From the NCBI RefSeq assembly GCF_036971445.1, contig NC_091470.1:41850001-41914000 (forward strand): 64,000 nt of DNA. The letters run 5' to 3'. The stretch comes from Narcine bancroftii (Eukaryota). A program made the translations under genes and the position numbers. Below the pieces are notes generated by a model that was not told the DNA's origin, searched no databases, and worked only from the letters and a program-made list of their open reading frames with translations. Below are positions 40,111 to 51,135 of the stretch, one piece after another (the stretch's first letter is position 1; the number at the start of each line of letters is the position of its first letter).

Positions 40111-43100
40111 GAGGGGAGACCGGCAGTGACTGCTGGGCGGGCGAGGGCAGGGGGAGGAAAGATCGGCAGTGACAGCTGGGCGGGCGAGGGCGGGGGGAGG
40201 GGAGACAGGCAGTGCCAGCTGGGCGGGCGATGGCGGGGGGAGGGGAGACTGGCAGTGCCAGCTGGGCGGGCGAGGGCAGGGGGAGGGGAGACCGGCAGTG
40301 CCAGCTGGGGGGCGAGGGGAGGGGAGACCAGCAGTGCCAGCTGGGCGGGCGAGGGCGGGGGAGGGGAGAATAGGCAGTGCCAGCTGGGCGGGCGAGGGCG
40401 GGGGGAGGGGAGACCGGCAGTGCAAGCTGGGCGGGCGAGGGCGGGGAGACCGGCAGTGCCAGCTGGGCGGGCGAGGGCGGGGGAGGGGCGACCGGAAGTG
40501 CCAGCTGGGCGGGCGAGGGGAGACCAGCAGTGCCAGCTGGGCGGGCGAGGGCGGGGGAGAGGAGACCGGCAGTGCCAGCCGGGCGGGCGAGGGCGGGGGG
40601 AGGGGAGTCCGGCAGTGCCAGCTGGGCGGGCAAGGGTGGGGGGAGGGGAGACCGGCAGTGCCAGCTGGGCGGGCGAGGGCGGAGGGGAGGGGAGACCGGC
40701 AGTGACAGCTAGGCGGGTGAGGGGAGACCGGCAGTGACTGCTGGGCGGGCGAGGGCGGGGGGAGGGGAGACTGGCAGTGCCAGCTGGGCGGGCGAGGGCG
40801 GGGGGAGAGGAGTCCGGCAGTGCCAGCTGGGCGGGCGAGGGCGGGGGAAGGGGAGACTGGCAGTGAAAGCTGGGCGGGCGAGGGGAGACCAGCAGTGCCA
40901 GCTGGGCGGGCGAGGGGAGGGGAGACCAGCAGTGCCAGCTGGGCGGGCGAGGGGAGGGGAGACCAGCAGTGCCAGCTGGGCGGGCGAGGGCGGGGGAGAC
41001 CAGCAGTGCCAGCTGGGCGGGCGAGGGCGGGGGGAGACCGGCAGTGCCAGCTGTGCGGGCGAGGGCGGGGGGAGACCGGAAGTGCCAGCTGGGTGGGCGA
41101 GGGCGGGGGGAGACCGGCAGTGCCAGCTGTGCGGGCGAGGGCGGGGGGAGACCGGCAGTGCCAGCTGGGTGGGCGACGGCGGGGGGAGACCGGCAGTGCC
41201 AGCTGGGCGGGCGAGGGCGGGGGGAGAATAGGCAGTACCAGCTGGGCGGGCGAGGGCGGGGGAGGGGAGACCGGCAGTGCCAGCTGGGCGGGGAAGGGGA
41301 GACCGGCAGTGCCAGCTGGGCGGGCGAGGGCAGGGGGAGGGGAGACCGGCAGTGCCAGCTTGGCGGGGAAGGGGAGACCGGCAGTGCCAGCTGGGCGGGC
41401 GAGGGCAGGGGGAGGGGAGACCGGCAGTGCCAGCTGGGCGGGCGAGGGCGGGGGAGGGGAGACCGGCAGTGCCAGCTGGGCGGGCGAGGGCGGGGGGAGA
41501 GGAGTCCGGCAGTGCCAGCTGGGCGGGCGAGGGCGGGGGGAGGGGAGTCCGGCAGTGCCAGCAGGGCGGGCGAGGGCGGGGGGAGGGGAGACCGGCAGTG
41601 CCAGCTGGGCGGGGGGAGGGGAGACCGGCAGTGCCAGCTGGGCGGGCGAGGGCGGGGGGAGGGGAGACCGGCAGTGCCAGCTGGGCGGGCGAGGGCGGGG
41701 GGAGGGGAGACCGGCAGTGCCAGCTGGGCGGGCGAGGGCGGGGGGAGGGGAGACCGGCAGTGCCAGCTGGGCGGGCGAGGGCGGGGGGAGGGGAGACCGG
41801 CAGTGCCAGCTGGGCGGGCGAGGGCGGGGGGAGGGGAGACCGGCAGTGCCAGCTGGGCGGGCGAGGGCGGGAGAGGGGAGACCGGCAGTGCCAGCTGGGC
41901 GGGAGAGGGGAGCGGCAGTGCCAGCTGGGCGGGCGAGGGGAGCGGCAGTGCCAGCTGGGCGTGCGAGGGGAGACCGGCAGTGCCAGCTGGGAGGGCGAGG
42001 GGAGACCGGCAGTGCCAGCTGGGAGGGCGAGGGCGGGGGAGGGGAGACCGGCAGTGCCAGCTGGGCGGGCGAGGGCGGGGGAAGGGGAGACTGGCAGTGA
42101 AAGCTGGGCGGGCGAGGGCGGGGGGAGACCGGCAGTGCCAGCTGGGCGGGCGAGGGGAGACCAGCAGTGCCAGCTGGGCGGGCGAGGGGAGGGGAGACCA
42201 GCAGTGCCAGCTGGGCGGGCGAGGGCGGGGGAGACCAGCAGTGCCAGCTGGGCGGGCGAGGGCGGGGGGAGACCAGCAGTGCCAGCTGTGCGGGCGAGGG
42301 CGGGAGGAGACCGGCAGTGCCAGCTGGGTGGGCGACGGCGGGGGGAGAATAGGCAGTACCAGCTGGGAGGGCGAGGGCGGGGGAGGGGAGACTGGCAGTG
42401 CCAGCTGGGCGGGGAAGGGGAGACCGGCAGTGCCAGCTGGGCGGGCGAGGGCAGGGGGAGGGGAGACCGGCAGTGCCAGCTGGGCGGGCGAGGGCGGGGG
42501 AAGGGGAGACTGGCAGTGAAAGCTGGGCGGGCGAGGGCGGGGGGAGACCGGCAGTGCCAGCTGGGCGGGCGAGGGGAGACCAGCAGTGCCAGCTGGGCGG
42601 GCGAGGGGAGACCAGCAGTGCCAGCTGGGCGGGCGAGGGAGACCAGCAGTGCCAGCTGGGCGGGCGATGGCGGGGGGAGACCAGCAGTGCCAGCTGTGCG
42701 GGCGAGGGCGGGTGGAGACCGGCAGTTCCAGCTGGGTGGGCGAGGGCGGGGGGAGACCGGCAGTGCCAGCTGGGCGGGCGAGGGGAGACCAGCAGTGCCA
42801 GCTGGGCGGGCGAGGGGAGACCAGCAGTGCCAGCTGTGCGGGCGAGGGCGGGTGGAGACCGGCAGTTCCAGCTGGGTGGGTGACGGCGGGGGGAGACCGG
42901 CAGTGCCAGCTGGGCGGGCGAGGGCGGGGGGAGAATAGGCAGTACCAGCTGGGAGGGCGAGGGCGGGGGAGGGGAGACCGGCAGTGCCAGCTGGGCGGGG
43001 AAGGGGAGACCGGCAGTGCCAGCTGGGCGGGCGAGGGCGGGGGGAGGGGAGACCGGCAGTACCAGCTGGGCGGGCGAGGGGAGACCGGCAGTGCCAGCTG

Positions 43101-43530
43101 GGCGGGCGAGGGCGGGGGGAGGGGAGACCGGCAGTGCCAGCTGGGCGGGCGAGGGCGGGGGGAGGGGAGACCGGCAGTGCCAGCTGGGCGGGCGAGGGCG
43201 GGGGGAGGGGAGACCGGCAGTGCCAGCTGGGCGGGCGAGGGGAGACCGGCAGTGCCAGCTGGGCGGGCGAGGGGAGACCGGCAGTGCCAGCTGGGCGGGC
43301 GAGGGGAGACCGGCAGTGCCAGCTGGGCGGGCGAGGGGAGACCGGCAGTGCCAGCTGAGCGGGCGAGGGGAGACCGGCAGTGCCAGCTGGGCGGGCGAGG
43401 GGAGACCGGCAGTGCCAGCTGGGCGGGCGAGGGGAGACCGGCAGTGCCAGCTGGGCGGGCGAGGGGAGACCGGCAGTGCCAGCTGGGCAGGCGAGGGGAG
43501 ACCGGCAGTGCCAGCTGGGCGGGCGAGGGG
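40105..43530. repeat. G-rich minisatellite of about 3.4 kb with 32-43 bp units (GGGGAGACCGGCAGTGCCAGCTGGGCGGGCGA[GGGCGGGGGGA])
   Basis: Directly visible tandem array, on the order of 80-90 units, with extreme G/C strand skew. The last about 10 units are homogeneous 32-mers. Confidence 0.98.
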
Positions 43531-44433
43531 ATCAAGTATTGTGCAATTGGATAGGCAAAATTAATGATCTAGTGGGGACCCTCTTGGAAAAAGCCATCAT
43601 AGTATCATTGAATTTGTCAGACAGATGGAGAGTGCAAAAGTTAGATCTTAAATTAGTGTACTTTGCTTGAACGGGAAACTACAACAGAATGAGGGAAGAA
43701 TTGGTCAGTGTGGATTGGGAGCACAGGCTAGTTACAGAACAGTTGAGGAACAGTGAAAGATGTTCAAAGAGATTTTTCACAGTATACAACAAAAATATAT
43801 TCTTGTTAAAAATAAGGGTAGTAAGAGAGGGAAGAGTCAGACTTGGTTAATTAAGGAAATAAAGGACAGTATAAAATTAAAAGCTCATGTGTACATATTA
43901 GCCAAGAGTAGAGGGAAACTGAAGGATTGGGAAAACTTTAAAAGGCAGCAAAGGAGAACTAAAGGGGAAATAAGGAAAGGGAAGAAGGATTATGAAGGTC
44001 AATGAGCACAGAATATAAAAACAGATAGCAAACAATTTTATAAATATATTAAAAAGAGGGTGGTTAAGGGTGGAAAATGAGAAAGGAAAATTGATATTGA
44101 GTAATGAGGAAATTGCTTAGGCCCTGAACAGATATCTTGTGTCAGTCTTCATGGTGGAAGACATGTCCAGCATGCCAAAGAGTGGAGATAGGGAATGTGA
44201 AGAGAGGTGAGGGCCTTGATAAAATAATTGTTGCAAAATAGATAGCGGTGAACAAACTTATGGGACTGAAAGTGGACAAATCTTCTGGTCCTGATGGGAT
44301 GCATCCCAGGGTACTGAAGGAAATGGCAGGAGTTATAGTCAATGCGTTGGTAGTCACTTACCAAAATTCTCTGGACTCTGGCCATGCAAAAAAATGTAGG
44401 ATATGCCAGGAAGAGAGTAAAAACCTGATACTG

Positions 44434-44458
44434 TATATATATATATATATATATATAT
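44434..44458. repeat. (TA)n microsatellite
   Basis: Directly visible. Confidence 0.85.
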
Positions 44459-45679
44459 TTATTTGGAGAACTACAAATTCAGCCTCTTTAACAAAAGGGA
44501 GACCAAGTGCAGCTGCATTGCAACTTTGTGGATTCCCTGTATTCCATCTGTGCACGTGATCCCAAGTTCTAGTTTCATGCACGATATTTCTCTTTTACCA
44601 TCCTTTAACTCCTATACTAAATAGAGATCAATAGAAATGTTATGAACTTAATGTCATCTTCGGAAAAACATTGTGTCCTTCTGGATTCAACTTAGTATTT
44701 CTAATTTATATTAAAAAAATTCAGGTTTTCAGTATTGTTTCCAAGTTCCTTTGATAATTTTGAATAAACATTTTATATTTTCAAGTATAATGACAGTTGC
44801 ATTCAATTACTATAACCTTCTAATCAATTTTGCCCTTCTTCCATCTATTATATACTACATGGGGTAATGTGAGCAGTTGGTCATGACTGGCTTCTCAAAG
44901 CACTTCATCCTGATGAATGCCACCATTTAGGCCCATTATTATTCTTTTTCAGGTACTCATATGGTGGCCTTCTTGAGAGTGAAGACTGTGGCCAGTCATA
45001 AGGAGATATTAAAGATGTCTCTGAATACATCCACCAGTTGTTCTGCAGAGGCTCTCAGTACATGTCCTGGGACTCTGGACCATATGTATTCGGTGGGTTC
45101 ACCTGCTTGACCAGCAATGACCATGGGGATGACATTATGTAGTTGATGTGGATGTCACCTCCTTACTCATTCGTTCCTTGTTCGAAGTAAGCCTAGAACA
45201 TGTTAGACTCATTAAGGATTGTGTTGTTATGTGCTGCTCAGGCTTACTTTGCACTTGGTGACAGTATACATGTCCATGATGGTCCTAGGGACTCAAACAT
45301 GGCACGGTACTGTCATTTGGCTTCTCTGATAACATTGTGGAGATCGTATTTGAATTAAAAGAGTAAGTACAAGATATACAAGAGTGTGGAGACAAACAAA
45401 ATAGGGGCAGCTTGACAGGCTAGTTTTCATGCTTGGTGCCACAATCAGGCACTAAAAGCATAGGTCAAGTAAACAATCAGTTAGGATCAAAAGAGATATA
45501 GAGCCCTGAATCTTTAGAATTTGAAAACCAGAGACCAATGGATGCAAAATCATTGAGTATATTTAAAGCTGAAATAGGTTATTGGACATCAGACAAAATA
45601 AATGGTATATAGGGATCAGAAAGTAAATGGAATCAAGGACAGGATTAATTTGGCCATGTTCCTGGTGGAGCAGGCAAGA

Positions 45680-46410
45680 CAATAAGACAAAGAAATAGGC
45701 TATTCAGCCCATTGAATATGTCCAATGATATAATTATGAGTTGATCCATTATCCCTCTCAGCCCCACTGCCTGGCCTTTTCCCCATAAACTTTGATGATC
45801 TTGCTAATCAAGAACCTATCAATCTCTGCCTGAAATACACCCAATGACCTGGCCTCCACAGTGCCTGTGACAACAGATTACCACCCTCTGGCTAAAGTAA
45901 TTCCTCCTCATCTCTGTTCTAAGCAGAAGCCTTTCAATTCTGAAGTTGAGCCCTCTTGTCCTCAACTCTTCCACCATGGGAAGCAACCTTTCTACATCTA
46001 CTCTGTCCACGTCTTTCAATATTCAAAACGCTTCAACAGGCTCTTTTAAGCTGCAGCACCTGGGTAGCCCTCCTGGGACCCAGGTGCAATTACTGGGGCG
46101 AAGGTGCTTCCAGCATCTTTTAAACTGCAGGGGGTTAAATTGCCAAACAAGTGATTTAAGGGGGATCCCCGCCCTTGCAAACTATCTGTGGTAAATCTCC
46201 CCTGTCCCATCCCTCACCAGCTGTAAGTCCCCCCCCAACATCAATCATGTGCCGACCCCTCTGCCCCATGGCAGTTAACCCCTCTGTCATCGGCCCGTGA
46301 ACATATAAGCAACTGGCAGCCAACCAGAATATGATCCCTGTATTCCAATTCTCTGCTTCCTGCCAATCAACCAATGCTCTACCCATGCTAGTATGTTTCC
46401 TGTTGTTAAG
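45680..46410 (-). mobile_element. CR1 LINE 3' fragments
   Basis: DRVDVERLLPMVEE..TRG....RTEMRRNYFSQRVV in ORF 45819-46019. Confidence 0.7.
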
Positions 46411-49289
46411 TAGCCTTATGTGCAAACTCATGGTCGACTCTTGTCCCCACTTATTCTGTTGGTGACTTATCTTCCCTCTCTCCCTGTACTCAAGAAACAA
46501 ATACTGCCCCCAGGGTTTATTCAGATAATCTGTGTGCCTATCATTTTATGCCCTTTTATACCAGGCCTCCACCAGGAGGCTGGCTACAAGCACGGATGGA
46601 AAACATAAAACTTGCCTTTCATGGAGCAGCCCTAAAAGACTCACTCACGTTGAGCGGTGCCTCGTAGCACTTTCCTGAGCCGATGGAGGCAGGACGACTG
46701 GTGCCATAGCGCCACCCATCATAAATACATGTACCTGGAACTGCTCTGTGTTTCCCAGAACAGTTTCAGCTGCGTGGGGGATTATGCGTAGGGAAGAGGC
46801 CATTGCTCTGCTGCATTTTGAGCTGTAGAGAACGGACCTGAAGGCTGAAACAGCCAGCGGGGTTGTCACAGCCCACATCGGTGACCCCCTCCCATGACAG
46901 CCCCCTCGGCCTGACGACTCCTACTGCCCTGAGAGGTCATGAAGGGAGAGGGATGAATGGGGAGATAGGTTGCAGGCTGAAGGCAGCATAAGCCTGCCCC
47001 AACTAGCCATTTGCAGTGTCTGTATATTCGTGTGAGGCTGCAGTGCTCTGCCGATTATTCTTGCCCAAGGGGGATTGCAATCAGTGCCTTGGAGCTGGCT
47101 GCAGCGCATTCAAGAAGGTAAGTCTCCACAAGAGGGAAATGTTTGTGTGCATTTTGGTCAGTATGGTTCATAGTGTGAAAAATTTAAAAAAATTAAAAAA
47201 AAAAATGGTAAGTCTCCCAATGTAAGGGTGGAGAACCTCTGCCTTTATAGTTGGGCTTTTTCTTTGCCTGAAAGGGCCTTTTGTCTCTACACAGTAAACC
47301 TTCCTTCTTTACATCCCTATCATATCATGCACTAATGAAGACATCATTTGACAAGAACTTGTTTGTGAAAAGTGATTTTTTTTGCACACTCTCCAAATTT
47401 TCTTGCTATCTTTGGATAAGCTCTCAACTGCTTTCAAGAGTCTTCAAATATTACATTAAAAGCCCTCTTCCATCTAATACCTAATTCCCTTTCTACATGC
47501 CTGAACATGAACCTGATTAATTGACATGCCTGTTGGCTATTTGCTTCAGTTGATGACTACGCTGCAAAGAAAATTATCAAATCCATTATGCAGCATCCAA
47601 TCTACACTCATAATTACTCTCCATTTTAAGACAGAGCATTCATCATCTGTCAGCTAACAGGAGAAACACCCTGAAAAATTGAATAACCTCTGCGACAAAT
47701 ATGCTTGCAACATGAGCTAACTTCAAGTCACACTTCTTTAAAAATCCAGTTCAGATGCAGTATGGACAGCAAAGTCAGCATTTATATCCCATTTCTATTT
47801 TTACTATTTGTACAATAAGCCACTTTCTCAAACAGCAACAGTGGAATGAAAGAACTGTTGTTCAGGGAGGCCCAAAATTCTGATTTAAGAACATCAGGAG
47901 AATAATGATACATTATCAAGCCTAAAGTAGAACTTGTAGGTTGAGTTCCCTAGATCTCCTATCCTTGAAGTAGTGTACTGAACCCATCAGTGAACCAGAC
48001 CTAGAATGGATTCAGGCTAGTCAATGGTTTGGTGCAGTCATTTCATATAGCATGGAGTACACTATAAGAGGATCATAAAACAGATTCAAACACAAATCAG
48101 TAAACCATGCACAAGATTTCCTATCTTTGTCCATTTTGTAAAGCTGAGATCATGTTTTGGAGATGTTATTAAAAAACTGCTACTCACCATGCAGTTGGCA
48201 ACACAGCACCTACATTGTGCTAGTGGAGAAACCTAAAGGTTGAATTGTAGATGACTGCCAATGCTATATTGCTGTGGATGATGCTGAATATGCACTTATC
48301 CCCACTTTATTTCCATAGCCACGGTGTATGGACAATCCAGTTAAATATTTGGTCAGTGGCGTTTAACATTATATTTGCATCTTTCCTGCTTATCTGAAGC
48401 ACTCACCTAATAGTGCATCTTGAATTGGAAAAAACACAACTATGCCTCAGAGGCAGTATACCAATACTGACTAACATCTAATTATAGTTAAACTTTAAAA
48501 AGTAGCAAAATTAAGATTCCAAAGCATTTCTAAGTAAATGTTATCCCAGATAAATAATAAATTCCAGGGACTGCTTTGTTAATTCCAAATTAAAATAAAT
48601 TTAGAAAGGCGTCTAAATGCAGAGTTGTCATAATAATCGGCTCAAATAAATTGCTGCAGTCTGAACAAAAATTGCTTTTTGTCTTCTCAATATGGTCACT
48701 AACCCACCACATAAGGGTAGCGTGGATGGTAAAAGTAGATCATTCTCATAATCAATTAAGTTAAAATTCAAAATGATCATTTAATTTGTTAAATATAGAA
48801 CTTTAATATGTGTAATTGTCATATTAACCTATGTTATGGATAACTGAATTCCACAATAGTTAATTTGGTATGACAACATCTCTTTCTTGTAGCTATTTTG
48901 AAAGCTCTGGCAGAAAGAGATTTTCATCATCTCAGATACCATCTTTAAAAAAAAAACAAAATTTCATAATATCTATTTCAACTTCTTAAAATGTTGCCAC
49001 AAAATTTCTAATGTTTCCCAAAGCAATAGACAAATTTACATTTTTATTGGATCACATCAGCACTACTGAAGAACATTTGGCCAATCACTTGAATCCTTCA
49101 TCTCACCAGGCACTCTGATTGAAAGGCCCTCAAACAAAGCAAAAATTCCAAACGTAAAAGCACAGATTCTCCGCCCTCACATTGGAAAACTTAACTTAAA
49201 TGATCTGTGAACAGCTGCAAGATGACACCGTCAGCCCGTGACCCATCTCACTTCTCTCTCCCTCTCACACACTCCTCTCCCTCCGTGAC

Positions 49290-49650
49290 GCCCTCAGGGC
49301 AGGGGCAATCAGGGGGCAGCCGGGTTGGCGGGGCAGCCGGGTTGGCAGAACCGTCAGTGAGCAGGCTGTGACAGTCCCGTCGGCCACACAGGCCTCCGGC
49401 ACCTCACTGGGCCACTCATTAGCACCAGCAGCTCGATACATGGCAGAGCAATGGCTGTCTTTCCTACCTATAATCCACCATACAGCTGGAACTGTTCTGG
49501 GAAATGCAGAGCTGTTCCAGCTGTGTGAGGGATTATGGGTAGGGAAGACTGCCATTGCTCTGCCATGTATTTATGATGGGCGGCACCACAGTCGCCCCAC
49601 CTACAGCAGCTCTGGACAATGCACCGAGGCACCGCTCTGCATAAAAACAG
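49290..49650. repeat. Dispersed GC-rich repeat with central foldback (relatives at 10100-10330 and 46645-46880)
   Basis: The three sites share GCAATGGCTGTCTT, GGGATTATG and CAGCTG. GAGGCACCGCTC is shared with the reverse complement of the copy at 46652. Confidence 0.7.
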
Positions 49651-51135
49651 AATATTCTCCCAGAATCACAGTGCGGCTTTCGCGCAAACAGAGGAACTAC
49701 TGACATGGTCTTTGCCCTCAGACAGCTCCAAGAAAAGTGCAGAGAACAAAACAAAGGACTCTACATCACCTTTGTTGACCTCACCAAAGCCTTCGACACC
49801 GTGAGCAGGAAAGGGCTTTGGCAAATACTAGAGCGCATCGGATGTCCCCCAAAGTTCCTCAACATGATTATCCAACTGCACGAAAACCAACAAGGTCGGG
49901 TCAGATACAGCAATGAGCTCTCTGAACCCTTCTCCATTAACAATGGCGTGAAGCAAGGCTGTGTTCTCGCACCAACCCTCTTTTCAATCTTCTTCAGCAT
50001 GATGCTGAACCAAGCCATGAAAGACCCAAACAATGAAGACGCTGTTTACATCCGGTACCGCACGGATGGCAGTCTCTTCAATCTGAGGCGCCTGCAAGCT
50101 CACACCAAGACACAAGAGAAACTTGTCCGTGAACTACTCTTTGCAGACGATGCCGCTTTAGTTGCCCATTCAGAGCTAGCTCTTCAGCGCTTGACGTCCT
50201 GCTTTGCGGAAACTGCCAAAATGTTTGGCCTGGAAGTCAGCCTGAAGAAAACTGAGGTCCTCCATCAGCCAGCTCCCCACCATGACTACCAGCCCCCCCA
50301 CATCTCCATCGGGCACACAAAACTCAAAACGGTCAACCAGTTTACCTATCTCGGCTGCACCATTTCATCAGATGCAAGGATCGACAATGAGATAGACAAC
50401 AGACTCACCAAGGCAAATAGCGCCTTTGGAAGACTACACAAAAGAGTCTGGAAAAACAACCAACTGAAAAACCTCACAAAGATAAGCGTATACAGAGCCG
50501 TTGTCATACCCACACTCCTGTTCGGCTCCGAATCATGGGTCCTCTACCGGCATCACCTACGGCTCCTAGAACGCTTCCACCAGCGTTGTCTCCGCTCCAT
50601 CCTCAACATCCATTGGAGCGCTTTCATCCCTAACGTCGAAATACTCGAGATGGCAGAGGTCGACAGCATCGAGTCCACGCTGCTGAAGATCCAGCTGCGC
50701 TGGATGGGTCACGTCTCCAGAATGGAGGACCATCGCCTTCCCAAGATCGTGTTATATGGCGAGCTCTCCACTGGCCACCGTGACAGAGGTGCACCAAAGA
50801 AAAGGTACAAGGACTGCCTAAAGAAATCTCTTGGTGCCTGCCACATTGACCACCGCCAGTGGGCTGATATCGCCTCAAACCGTGCATCTTGGCGCCTCAC
50901 AGTTTGGCGGGCAGCAACCTCCTTTGAAGAAGACCGCAGAGCCCACCTCACTGACAAAAGGCAAAGGAGGAAAAACCCAACACCCAACCCCAACCAACCA
51001 ATTTTCCCCTGCAGCCGCTGCAACCGTGTCTGCCTGTCCCGCATCGGACTTGTCAGCCACAAACGAGCCTGCAGCTGACGTGGACTTTTACCCCCTCCAT
51101 AAATCTTCGTCCGCGAAGCCAAGCCAAAGAAAGAT
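49651..51135 (+). mobile_element. RTE-clade LINE, 5'-truncated young copy 3 with uninterrupted RT to Zn-finger frame
   Basis: ORF 49705-51078 (457 aa) with LLFADD and C-terminal FPCSRCNRVCLSRIGLVSHKRAC; AAAG tail; short ATAAA(AA)CAG flanking duplication. Confidence 0.97.

Larger units (their letters stand above)
38600..44385 (+). mobile_element. Decayed CR1 LINE (ORF1 end, APE domain, start of RT) interrupted at about 39260-43530
   Basis: LYLNARNIRNKV..DLVAITETW on the left; KSSGPDGMHPRVLKE on the right. Confidence 0.85.

Noticed and set aside
40105-43530. CRISPR-like repeat/spacer appearance
   Set aside because: The intervening segments are only G-run length variants, not unique spacers. 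The context is a eukaryotic intron with no cas genes.
39960-43535. 1191-aa Pro-rich ORF and many overlapping Gly/Arg-rich ORFs
   Set aside because: Artefact of a stop-poor GC minisatellite that is open in most frames; no domain or splice context.
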